This document shows positions 1-7,525 of a stretch of DNA of 16,501 nt, in pieces. Position 1 is the first letter of the stretch. Every line of letters starts with the position of its first letter. The stretch lies in UHGV virus genome UHGV-0096653; one strand, 5' to 3'. A program made the position numbers and the translations under genes. The notes under the pieces are model-generated. The model ran no database searches and was not told the DNA's origin. It worked only from the letters and a program-made list of their open reading frames with translations. Source of the stretch: a virus.

Positions 1-589
1 CCCACTGGCGCTTTTTAGGGCTGAATACAACCGCATCAGGATGGCGAGTTAAAAAATCCTGTTCATCCGTCTGCGTGTCCGGTTGCGAAGCGTCCGGACG
101 AGAAGGGTTTTTTTCTGACGGATCATGTTTTGATTTTACTGACGGATCCCCGCCAGATTCTGACGGGTCAAAACTGGTTTTTTTGGTGGATTCCGACGCC
201 TCAAATTTTGAGGGGTCAATTTTTGACGCATCAGATTTTGACGGTTCAGATTTTGATGTGTCAGATTTTGACGGGTCAGAATCTGACAGTTGAGAAAATG
301 CCGCTGCCTGAAGCTTCGCAACGTTAAGCTGATAAACATTCGACGCATTGCGGTTACCCTGGCGACGCGCCTTACGCGTTAACCAGCCTTCTGCTTCCAG
401 CCGTGCGATAGCCGTTCTGACGGTACTCATCCCCGCGCCAATCTGACGGGCAATGGTTTCAATTGATGGCCAGCACACACCTTCGTCATTACTGAAATCA
501 GCCAGGCGGGCCATAATTGCCACGCTGGATAATTTCATGCCTGATGCAGCGCAACCATCCCATACATAGCCGGTTAATTTAGTGCTCAT
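1..589 (-). CDS. Phage replication initiator-like protein (lambda O-like role), 3' end beyond window
   Basis: Minus-strand frame open from ATG at 589-587 to the window edge (absent from ORF track because no stop is in the window). Translation starts MSTKLTGYVWDGCAASGMKLSSVAIMARLADFSNDEGVCWPSIETIARQIGAGMSTVRTAIARLEAEGWLTRKAR, a winged-helix DNA-binding N-terminus, followed by pentapeptide repeats (DPSKS-like) encoded by tandem 15-bp DNA repeats. Sits after cro/cII-like genes as lambda O does. Confidence 0.6.
   Translation of the reverse strand, partial: MSTKLTGYVWDGCAASGMKLSSVAIMARLADFSNDEGVCWPSIETIARQIGAGMSTVRTAIARLEAEGWLTRKARRQGNRNASNVYQLNVAKLQAAAFSQLSDSDPSKSDTSKSEPSKSDASKIDPSKFEASESTKKTSFDPSESGGDPSVKSKHDPSEKNPSRPDASQPDTQTDEQDFLTRHPDAVVFSPKKRQW
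201..290. repeat. Six tandem 15-bp direct repeats (consensus TCAGATTTTGACGGG), iteron-like; candidate origin inside the initiator gene
   Basis: Head-to-tail units at 201, 216, 231, 246, 261, 276; degenerate copies also at 128-182. Iterons embedded in the initiator gene is the lambda ori/O arrangement. Confidence 0.6.
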
Positions 590-598
590 GACCGACCT

Positions 599-937
599 CT
601 ATTTCCCTGAATTTACGACGAAACTGTTCGAGCGGACTGAAGCATTCATGTTCATAGCCTTCACGGAGGTAGATAACCCGTTGTGTTTCCGGCTCCCAAC
701 GAATGACTCTGACGGGCACTCCGTAGTGATCTTTGAACCAGCGGTTAACTTGTCGCAAAGGACTGTCTCCTTCTGCCGGTTGAAATCACCCACAGCCCAC
801 TCTGCAAAGCTGTGGGTTACAATTTCCCTGTCACCTGGTACATTCACTGCATAGCAATACTCCACCTTCGCTTTTCCACCCGGTACAGGAAGTGCAATCA
901 GTTGCGAACGACGGTAGTGTGTTGTTAAACTGTTCAT
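599..937 (-). CDS. Hypothetical protein (112 aa), translationally coupled to upstream CII-like gene
   Basis: ORF track; its ATG (937-935) overlaps the TGA (936-934) of the upstream gene as ATGA; same strand as the early operon. No recognisable motif. Confidence 0.4.
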   Translation of the reverse strand: MNSLTTHYRRSQLIALPVPGGKAKVEYCYAVNVPGDREIVTHSFAEWAVGDFNRQKETVLCDKLTAGSKITTECPSESFVGSRKHNGLSTSVKAMNMNASVRSNSFVVNSGK

Positions 938-1524
938 GCGTTAGTTTCTCCACAACCAGAAGCAATCGACGCCACGACGCCCGGAGCTGCACACTCGCGG
1001 GCGTTACTCTTTTCTGGAGCGCAAAAGATTTTGTAGACCAGTGCTGCATGCTCCTGGAGCTTCGAAATTGACAGATACAACTCATCATTAATTGCTGTCT
1101 GCTCGTGTGGCTCCACTACCCCATCTTCGATTGCCGAACGAATCTGCTTTGAGTAACTCCCGATCTGTTCGATGACTTCCAGCAGGCGCTGGTTAATATC
1201 GGCGTTGTCCACATCCTCGACGTCAGGAAGAGACACAAAGACGCCATTTGCAGACTGCGCCACAGCATCAGCAATGAAGTGAGTGCCACCAGCACGCTGT
1301 AAAACCATTGCCCATCCCAGCGGGAAAATCTGATCGCCATCAGCACGAAGGCGGTTAAATAATGCGTTCTCTGTTACATCCAGCCAGTCAGCTGCTTCAG
1401 CGTAACCACCCGGCAACGTTGCGATAGTTTTTCTGACAGCTTTCACGTACCACTCAGGCTGTTTTTCTACTTTCCAGTGATGCTTACCCACGGCTATCTC
1501 CTTAAAACTGTGGTTACTTTCCAT
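934..1524 (-). CDS. CII-like early regulatory protein (possibly CP76/YdaT-type), 196 aa
   Basis: ORF directly downstream of the Cro-like gene in the same operon, the position of lambda cII or Rac ydaT. Family assignment is by position and general resemblance only; the annotated start overlaps the cro-like stop by 11 nt, so the true start may be internal. Confidence 0.4.
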   Translation of the reverse strand: MESNHSFKEIAVGKHHWKVEKQPEWYVKAVRKTIATLPGGYAEAADWLDVTENALFNRLRADGDQIFPLGWAMVLQRAGGTHFIADAVAQSANGVFVSLPDVEDVDNADINQRLLEVIEQIGSYSKQIRSAIEDGVVEPHEQTAINDELYLSISKLQEHAALVYKIFCAPEKSNARECAAPGVVASIASGCGETNA

Positions 1525-1762
1525 CTGATAAGTCTTTAATCTTTTGAAAAATATCTGGACGTAATTTTTCTTTTGATACGCCAGTGGTCATTTCAATAAA
1601 TATCGAGAGCTTTGCAGGGGGACGCTTTTCTCTGTTCAACCAGTTCCAGACATGTTGTTGCTTTACTAAACGACCACTGCTGGCTGTGAGCTTCCGAGCC
1701 AATTCTGATTGACCACCAGCCAGAGCGATTGCCTCTGATAAGGCTAATTGCTCAGGTGTCAT
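1514..1762 (-). CDS. Cro-like HTH regulator (YdaS-like)
   Basis: 82 aa with HTH segment AIALAGGQSELARKLTASSGRL; divergent from the CI-like repressor; good RBS (AGGAGA) before ATG at 1762; consensus TATAAT -10 upstream on the minus strand. Confidence 0.7.
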   Translation of the reverse strand: MTPEQLALSEAIALAGGQSELARKLTASSGRLVKQQHVWNWLNREKRPPAKLSIFIEMTTGVSKEKLRPDIFQKIKDLSDGK

Positions 1763-1784
1763 AGCTTTCTCCTATCTGTAAGTA

Positions 1785-1875
1785 GTAAAGTTGTTGATAA
1801 CTTCGATTATACAACTACAACAACTTTTATCACAACTTTTAGATGTTGGAAAGCTAAAACATAAAGTTGTAACCT
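1785..1875. promoter_or_regulatory. OR-like operator cluster with divergent promoters (PR-like for cro on minus, PRM-like for cI on plus)
   Basis: Repeated half-site AAGTTGT/ACAACTT at about 1788, 1811, 1820, 1833, 1864, including the imperfect palindrome AAGTTGTTGATAACTT. Minus-strand -10 TATAAT (complement of 1806-1811) with -35 TTGTGA (complement of 1830-1835), 18-bp spacer. Confidence 0.65.
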
Positions 1876-1899
1876 CAATAAAAACGAGGGGGATATGTT

Positions 1900-2586
1900 G
1901 TGAAAACATTGGCAGAAAGACTAAAAAGCGAAAGAGAAAAAGCAGGAATGAGTCAGGCGCAACTAGCTGAAAAAATTGGGCTTTCACAACAATCCGTAGC
2001 GAAAATCGAGAATGGAGAAACTCAACAGCCTCGGAAAATTAAAGAGATTGCTAAAGTGTTAGGGGTTTCTCAAAAGTGGTTGCAATTGGGCATTGAGGAT
2101 AACGCGTCTTTCCCAGACCTTGTTGTAAAGGAGGCTGAAAGTACAGCATTAGATCCTGACATTTTTGCAAACATTCCAGTCCTAGATGTCGAGTTATCAG
2201 CGGGTAATGGATGTTTGGCTGAAATAGTTGAATCAACTGTAGACTGGTTCCCGCTAAGAAGGATTGATTTAAGAAAAGCTGGTGTATGTGTCTCCAATGC
2301 AAAGATCGTAAAAATTTGGGGCAATAGTTTACTACCTGTACTTAACAATGGAGATTTTGTTGCTGTTGATGTTTCCCAAACGGTTCCTATTCGTGATGGG
2401 GATCTTTATGCCATACGTGATGGCGTATTACTTAGAGTTAAAATATTGATCAATTTACCTGACGGTGGTCTGATTCTAAGAAGTTTCAATAAAGATGAGT
2501 ATCCAGATGAAATTCTCACCTTCGAAGATAGGCGTTCCAGAATTCACGTTATAGGTAGAGTATTCTGGTCATCGCGCACTTGGTAA
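1900..2586 (+). CDS. CI-like phage repressor, N-terminal HTH plus C-terminal S24 (LexA-like) autopeptidase domain
   Basis: 228 aa; HTH MSQAQLAEKIGLSQQSVAKIENG; Ala-Gly cleavage site in ELSAGNG; Ser-Lys dyad context (WGNSLLP ... LLRVKIL); GTG start at 1900 preceded by GAGGGGG. Confidence 0.85.
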   Translation: MKTLAERLKSEREKAGMSQAQLAEKIGLSQQSVAKIENGETQQPRKIKEIAKVLGVSQKWLQLGIEDNASFPDLVVKEAESTALDPDIFANIPVLDVELSAGNGCLAEIVESTVDWFPLRRIDLRKAGVCVSNAKIVKIWGNSLLPVLNNGDFVAVDVSQTVPIRDGDLYAIRDGVLLRVKILINLPDGGLILRSFNKDEYPDEILTFEDRRSRIHVIGRVFWSSRTW

Positions 2587-2613
2587 TGCATCAAAAAACC
2601 TTCCTTCAGAAAT

Positions 2614-2718
2614 TTAGTTACCATTATTACCCGCCTTTTCAATCTTCCTCCCGTGATTTGAGAGTTTCCAATCACGGAAGGAAAGTGTCCCTTGTGTAAT
2701 TAAAAGCGCATCGTCCAT
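2614..2718 (-). CDS. Small hypothetical ORF (34 aa, MDDALLITQGTLSFRDWKLSNHGRKIEKAGNNGN)
   Basis: Strong SD AAGGAGG 5 nt upstream of ATG (minus strand); no recognisable domain; convergent with cI. Confidence 0.3.
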   Translation of the reverse strand: MDDALLITQGTLSFRDWKLSNHGRKIEKAGNNGN

Positions 2719-2772
2719 ACAACCTCCTTTTTTGATAACCCTTGCCCTCATTTCACATCCGTCAAAACCACA

Positions 2773-2830
2773 TAAAGTTGTTGACAACAACCAAAACAAC
2801 AACTAGATTACAACTTAAAGATGTTGCAGT
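2773..2830 (+). promoter_or_regulatory. PL-like promoter with second operator cluster
   Basis: -35 TTGACA (2781-2786), 17-bp spacer, -10 TAGATT (2804-2809). Carries near-copies of OR motifs: TAAAGTTGTTGACAAC (vs TAAAGTTGTTGATAAC at 1794) and ACAACTTAAAGATGTTG (vs ACAACTTTTAGATGTTG at 1843). Confidence 0.6.
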
Positions 2831-2924
2831 AACGAACAGGCAGGACGCCCACGAAGTAGCCGCCGGTGGCGTATGAATGACCGGATGATTCGTTAGCAAC
2901 AAAAAAGCGCCCTACAGGACGCTT

Positions 2925-2937
2925 TGCTCTTTAAAAA
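2925..2937 (+). promoter_or_regulatory. boxA-like element (TGCTCTTTAAAAA), possible nut-type antitermination site
   Basis: Close match to rrn/lambdoid boxA (TGCTCTTTAACAA / CGCTCTTA); lies about 120 nt downstream of the PL-like promoter on the same strand. Confidence 0.4.
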
Positions 2938-3090
2938 TCAGTAACCCTCACTTTGGGCCTGGACCTGGTGGCCTGGGACGAGGAGGAATATGAAAAGGCT
3001 CTATTGGTCGGCTCATTATCCAATCCTATTATGTCTCATTTCTTCGGTTTCGGTGGTTTCGGCTTCGGAGGTACATGTCCGTGAACTGGA

Positions 3091-3585
3091 TTATGCTTGT
3101 TGCTCATCATTAATATCCGTTAGTTCATTCTCTAGAGGTAGATCTCCCGCACACCAAGCTATAAATTTTTCTTTGGTTGTTAAATCGTACTTAGTTGGAA
3201 CACCAGCAAAAATACAGGCCCGAATGAAAGCCGCTCGTTCAAGTGATTTCCATGGATTACTATCAGTATCTTGGATTTTTAAATACCTAGCTTGCAACTG
3301 ATCTTCAGAAAGAGTATCAGACTCAATCAGCAGTCTTTTGTAATGTCTCGCTTGTTCTTTAGACATCCCAGCCTCCTGGCCGAACTGATAGACCAACTGA
3401 AGAACCGAAAGTACGGCAACAAACAAACCAAAAATAAATAAATTACTGTACGGGGCGAAAACTGAAAAACCGAGAACGATTAACATCAACGTTATTAATT
3501 TATCAATGCGAGTTAACAACGTGTAATTCATCTTCTCCAATACATAAGAGTAGTGAATATAAAATTTATAATCGTCTCTGGTCAT
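3091..3585 (-). CDS. Two-TM inner-membrane protein, candidate superinfection-exclusion (SieB-like) protein
   Basis: 164-aa ORF (probable start at internal ATG 3531 with GGAG RBS, giving MNYTLLTRIDKL...). Two hydrophobic helices (LITLMLIVLGFSVFAPY, LFIFGLFVAVLSVLQLVY) then a charged C-terminal domain. AT-rich relative to flanks; immediately beside the immunity region. Confidence 0.55.
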   Translation of the reverse strand: MTRDDYKFYIHYSYVLEKMNYTLLTRIDKLITLMLIVLGFSVFAPYSNLFIFGLFVAVLSVLQLVYQFGQEAGMSKEQARHYKRLLIESDTLSEDQLQARYLKIQDTDSNPWKSLERAAFIRACIFAGVPTKYDLTTKEKFIAWCAGDLPLENELTDINDEQQA

Positions 3586-3967
3586 ATTAGTCTCAGTTTT
3601 CCTTGGGTGGTTTTGGAGGAACTGGAGGCTTTTGTCTTAACGGCACATGCCTCTCCTCATACTTATCTACACATAGATCCATATAAATCCTTATCGTTGT
3701 TGGGGAGGGTTACATAATAACCAAATCCTTGTTGTTGGGGAATAACCAGGTCCACCTCGCCTGATGTGGCTAAAAGCAGGCACATAACAGCTAAGTATTT
3801 TCAACCAGAGAGAATCCTTAGCGTTGTGGTGAATGCGGCTCAGCGCACGCGGGTTAAGGTTGAGGCTGACAGTCGACCTTCTGTGGATACCCACCCGTCT
3901 GGTGTGCAACCTTCGCCAGGCACCGGGAGGCACCCGGCACCACAACTTTATGCTGTGTGTAGTCCTG

Positions 3968-4013
3968 GCGGTACCAGTTTGTACACTTGCTTCCGGCTGG
4001 TACCGCTCTTTTT
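3968..4013 (+). terminator. Rho-independent terminator
   Basis: Perfect 10-bp inverted repeat GCGGTACCAG ... CTGGTACCGC followed by TCTTTTT. Confidence 0.6.
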
Positions 4014-4150
4014 ACAAAACAGAGAAGAGCATCACCGGACGACGGGCTCATAACCCAATCCATCCGGGCGGCTGCCACCGCAGGTGTTCTTCTCTGTTTT
4101 GTGGAGAAACCAACCGACCTTGCAGGGTCGATATGATGAGGAGCAGCAAA

Positions 4151-4513
4151 ATGGCTAGCGAACGCAGTACTGATGTGCAGGCATTTATCGGGGAGCTGGA
4201 CGGCGGCGTATTTGAAACCAAAATCGGCGCAGTTCTCAGTGAAGTCGCTTCCGGTGTGATGAACACGAAAACCAAAGGTAAGGTCTCACTCAACCTGGAA
4301 ATCGAACCATTTGATGAGAACCGTGTGAAAATCAAACACAAACTCTCATATGTTCGCCCGACTAACCGCGGGAAAATTTCCGAAGAAGACACCACCGAAA
4401 CGCCGATGTATGTCAATCGCGGTGGTCGCCTGACTATTCTGCAGGAAGACCAGGGACAATTACTGACTCTTGCCGGTGAACCTGACGGAAAACTCCGCGC
4501 AGCAGGTCATTAA
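4151..4513 (+). CDS. yfdP: YfdP-like hypothetical protein (120 aa)
   Basis: GAGGAG RBS 7 nt before ATG 4151; first gene of an operon whose gene order and product lengths (120/274/178/120) match the E. coli K-12 CPS-53 yfdPQRST cluster as recalled from memory. Confidence 0.5.
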   Translation: MASERSTDVQAFIGELDGGVFETKIGAVLSEVASGVMNTKTKGKVSLNLEIEPFDENRVKIKHKLSYVRPTNRGKISEEDTTETPMYVNRGGRLTILQEDQGQLLTLAGEPDGKLRAAGH

Positions 4514-4578
4514 TATCGTTCTTAATTAACTGATTATTTATCTCATCACTGAATATCTTTATATAGTGAGGACTTATT

Positions 4579-5403
4579 ATGTCTCAGAACTTAGACGCAA
4601 CCGCAATTAATCAAATCCATGCCCTTATTTCTGCTCAGGGTGTTAATGAAATTATCAGTAAGATTGGTGCCGATGCTGTGGCATTGCCTGAGAATTTCCG
4701 CATTCATGATCTGGAAAAATTTAATTTAAATCGCTTCCGTTTCCGTGGTGCGCTTTCCACTGCCAGCATCGATGACTTTACCCGTTATTCTAAAGATCTT
4801 GCAGATGAAGGCACCCGCTGCTTTATCGATGCTGATAATATGCGTGCCGTCAGTGTACTTAACCTGGGTACTATTGATGAACCAGGTCACGCAGATAACA
4901 CCGCCACTCTCAAACTGAAAAAGACAGCACCGTTCTCTGCCCTGCTGTCTGTTAACGACGAGCGTAACTCCCAGAAGTCACTGGCAGAATGGATTGAAGA
5001 CTGGGCCGACTACCTTGTGGGCTTTGATGCTAATGGTGACGCTATTCAGGCAACAAAAGCGGCTGCGGCAGTCCGTAAAATCACGATTGAAGCAAACCAG
5101 ACCGCTGGTTTTGAAGATAATGACTTCAGCGGCAAACGCTCCCTGATGGAATCTGTCGAAGCGAAGACCAAAGACATTATGCCAGTGGCATTTGAATTTA
5201 AATGCGTTCCGTTTGAAGGTCTGAAAGAACGTCCGTTTAAATTACGCCTCAGCATTATCACTGGCGATCGTCCTGTACTGGTTCTGCGCATTATTCAGCT
5301 GGAAGCGGTGCAGGAAGATATGGCTAACGAATTTCGTGATCTGCTTGTTGAGAAATTCAAAGACAGCAAAGTAGAAACCTTTATTGGTACTTTCACCGCC
5401 TGA
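4579..5403 (+). CDS. yfdQ: YfdQ-like protein (DUF2303-type), 274 aa
   Basis: RBS GTGAGGA; length and operon position match yfdQ as recalled. Confidence 0.55.
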   Translation: MSQNLDATAINQIHALISAQGVNEIISKIGADAVALPENFRIHDLEKFNLNRFRFRGALSTASIDDFTRYSKDLADEGTRCFIDADNMRAVSVLNLGTIDEPGHADNTATLKLKKTAPFSALLSVNDERNSQKSLAEWIEDWADYLVGFDANGDAIQATKAAAAVRKITIEANQTAGFEDNDFSGKRSLMESVEAKTKDIMPVAFEFKCVPFEGLKERPFKLRLSIITGDRPVLVLRIIQLEAVQEDMANEFRDLLVEKFKDSKVETFIGTFTA

Positions 5404-5530
5404 TTTCATTACTGCAAATGCCCCTGCGGGGGCATTTATGGAAACGTAATTAACTCAATAATCACCGGATGGTGAGGGCTTCCTTTTACCCAAACTCAGC
5501 GCGGTGCAGCGCATATACGTGGAGAACAAA

Positions 5531-6067
5531 ATGTCATTTATTAAAACTTTTTCCGGGAAGCATTTTTATTATGACAAGATAAATAAAGACGACATCGTGA
5601 TTAACGATATCGCGGTTTCCCTTTCAAATATCTGCCGCTTTGCCGGTCATCTTTCTCACTTCTACAGTGTCGCCCAACATGCGGTGCTTTGCAGCCAGCT
5701 GGTGCCGCAGGAATTTGCTTTTGAAGCGTTAATGCATGATGCAACAGAAGCGTATTGCCAGGACATCCCCGCACCACTGAAACGCCTTCTTCCTGACTAT
5801 AAACGGATGGAAGAAAAAATAGACGCCGTAATCCGTGAGAAATACGGGTTACCCCCAGTTATGAGTACGCCCGTGAAATATGCCGATCTTATCATGCTGG
5901 CAACCGAACGCCGCGATCTCGGGCTTGATGATGGCTCTTTCTGGCCTGTACTGGAAGGCATCCCGGCAACAGAGATGTTCAACGTGATTCCACTGGCACC
6001 GGGCCATGCCTACGGGATGTTTATGGAACGTTTTAACGAGTTATCGGAGTTACGCAAATGCGCATGA
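5531..6067 (+). CDS. yfdR: HD-domain phosphohydrolase, YfbR/YfdR-type 5'-deoxynucleotidase
   Basis: 178 aa from ATG 5531 (GGAG RBS). HD signature: H in FAGHLSHFYSVAQHAV and HD in ALMHDATEAY. Confidence 0.7.
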   Translation: MSFIKTFSGKHFYYDKINKDDIVINDIAVSLSNICRFAGHLSHFYSVAQHAVLCSQLVPQEFAFEALMHDATEAYCQDIPAPLKRLLPDYKRMEEKIDAVIREKYGLPPVMSTPVKYADLIMLATERRDLGLDDGSFWPVLEGIPATEMFNVIPLAPGHAYGMFMERFNELSELRKCA

Positions 6068-6420
6068 ATGTTTTCGAAATGGAAGGGTTTCTTCGCGGGA
6101 AATGTGTACCGCGAGATCTGAAAGTGAACGAAACAAATGCTGAGTACCTGGTACGTAAATTCGACGCGCTTGAAGCTAAATGTGCGGCACTGGAAAACAA
6201 AATAATACCAGTGTCAGCTGAACTGCCACCAGCAAATGAAAGTGTTCTGTTATTTGATGCTAACGGAGAAGGCTGGCTGATTGGCTGGCGTTCTCTCTGG
6301 TACACCTGGGGACAAAAAGAAACCGGAGAATGGCAGTGGACATTTCAGGTCGGGGACCTTGAAAACTTCAATATCACTCACTGGGCAGTAATGCCAAAAG
6401 CGCCGGAGGCTGGAGCATAA
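6058..6420 (+). CDS. yfdS: YfdS-like protein (DUF551-type), 120 aa
   Basis: Start overlaps the yfdR-like stop; length and position match. Confidence 0.5.
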   Translation: MRMNVFEMEGFLRGKCVPRDLKVNETNAEYLVRKFDALEAKCAALENKIIPVSAELPPANESVLLFDANGEGWLIGWRSLWYTWGQKETGEWQWTFQVGDLENFNITHWAVMPKAPEAGA

Positions 6421-6773
6421 TGACCACATTTACCAATAAAGAACTGATTAAAGAAATCAAAGAACGAATCAGCAGCCTAGAGGTTCGAGACGATATTGAG
6501 CGCCGTGCTTATGAAATTGCTCTGGCATCGCTAGAAGAGGAGCCGGTGGCATGGCTGCATTCAGAAAATGGCTTAGGTATTCCGGCAATAACGAGGAGTA
6601 AAAACATTGCTGACAGTTGGTTATCAAAGGGCTGGTATGTTCAGCCGCTATATATAGCCAAGCCAGTGCCGGTGGTGCCAGATGCTCGTCCGTCTTTAAA
6701 TAATGGCATAGTCGGCTTTGATGAAGGCTGGAACGCCTGCCGCGCCGCCATGCTTAATGGGAAAGGAGAGTGA
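6420..6773 (+). CDS. yfdT: YfdT-like hypothetical protein, 117 aa
   Basis: TAATG stop/start overlap with previous gene; position in operon. Confidence 0.45.
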   Translation: MTTFTNKELIKEIKERISSLEVRDDIERRAYEIALASLEEEPVAWLHSENGLGIPAITRSKNIADSWLSKGWYVQPLYIAKPVPVVPDARPSLNNGIVGFDEGWNACRAAMLNGKGE

Positions 6774-6774
6774 T

Positions 6775-7038
6775 ATGGCAACTTTAACAAAAAAAGAACG
6801 GGCATGGTTGAACGAATTACAGGACGTTCTTGATCGCTGCCCATCACCGAAAAAAATTGGTTTTTACACCATTGGCGATAAAAGCATTTACCTGTATGAC
6901 CTGCGCCGCATGGATGAAATCATGGAGGCTCTTGATAATCGTTCGTCAATGGATTGGTGTGTTGCTGTCCATGATATGAATGCAGGGTTTGATGAAAAGA
7001 TTTTGTTCCCCTCATCAGTTGAAAGCACAGCAGGATAA
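6775..7038 (+). CDS. Small hypothetical protein (87 aa), last gene of the operon
   Basis: Strong RBS AAAGGAGAG before ATG 6775 (track start 6718 is a less likely upstream extension); followed by a terminator. Confidence 0.5.
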   Translation: MATLTKKERAWLNELQDVLDRCPSPKKIGFYTIGDKSIYLYDLRRMDEIMEALDNRSSMDWCVAVHDMNAGFDEKILFPSSVESTAG

Positions 7039-7073
7039 GGACCCAGCAAATATACACAACCTATAAAACACTA

Positions 7074-7098
7074 AAGCGCCTCAGGGGCGCTTTTTGTT
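7074..7098 (+). terminator. Rho-independent terminator
   Basis: AGCGCC-TCAG-GGGCGCT stem-loop followed by TTTTT. Confidence 0.7.
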
Positions 7099-7200
7099 TG
7101 CACAAAAGTGCACAAATTTGCACAATTTTTTTGAACGACTTTTTACCCTTCCGGCCCGCATGGCGGCTGGATCCGTCAAGGATCCGTGCGTGCACAAAAA
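7099..7200. repeat. Phased TGCACAA repeats and GGATCCGT direct repeat; candidate protein-binding array (packaging or regulatory site)
   Basis: TGCACAAAAG / TGCACAAATT / TGCACAATTT at exact 10-bp period (7099-7128); a fourth TGCACAA at 7191; GGATCCGTCAAGGATCCGTG at 7168-7187. Confidence 0.5.
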
Positions 7201-7496
7201 AACGCGTTTTTTCTGCGCGCAGGTGACGGGGGAACAGCCCGCGTTTCAGGGGGTAAATAGCATTCCCTGAACGATGTCGCAGAGACACAACAGAATGGCC
7301 ATATTTCTCACGCTGAGCATGAAAAAGGCGTGAGGGCTTTTGATTTGATGGGGTGAAAGGTAAGGCCGTCAAAATCGCACTGAGGCAGCGAGAACATGCA
7401 GTCAACGCGGTGGAATTGCGTAAGAGTCTGACCGTCGATGGTGGCGATAAACTGGAAGGCGTCGTGAAATTATCTGATTGATACAGGAGCTGGAGA

Positions 7497-7525
7497 GCCG
7501 GGGCATAAATTTTTTATGCCCCGGC
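7497..7525. other. Near-perfect 29-bp palindrome / strong hairpin
   Basis: GCCGGGGCATAAA-TTT-TTTATGCCCCGGC; no flanking U-tract on either strand, so not a canonical intrinsic terminator. Confidence 0.5.

Noticed and set aside
75-293. Plus-strand 72-aa ORF with DFDGSDFD repeats
   Set aside because: Produced by reading the 15-bp iteron array on the opposite strand from the initiator gene; no RBS; the minus-strand frame continues into a recognisable winged-helix protein.
582-854. Plus-strand 90-aa ORF
   Set aside because: No Shine-Dalgarno; overlaps the minus-strand ORF that is translationally coupled into the early operon. Kept the minus-strand call, though with low confidence.
3766-4513. Long plus-strand ORFs (3766-4053, 3833-4513) upstream of the yfdP-like gene
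   Set aside because: No RBS and they run through the strong terminator hairpin; the in-frame ATG at 4151 with a GAGGAG RBS gives a 120-aa product, so the upstream extension is treated as non-coding.
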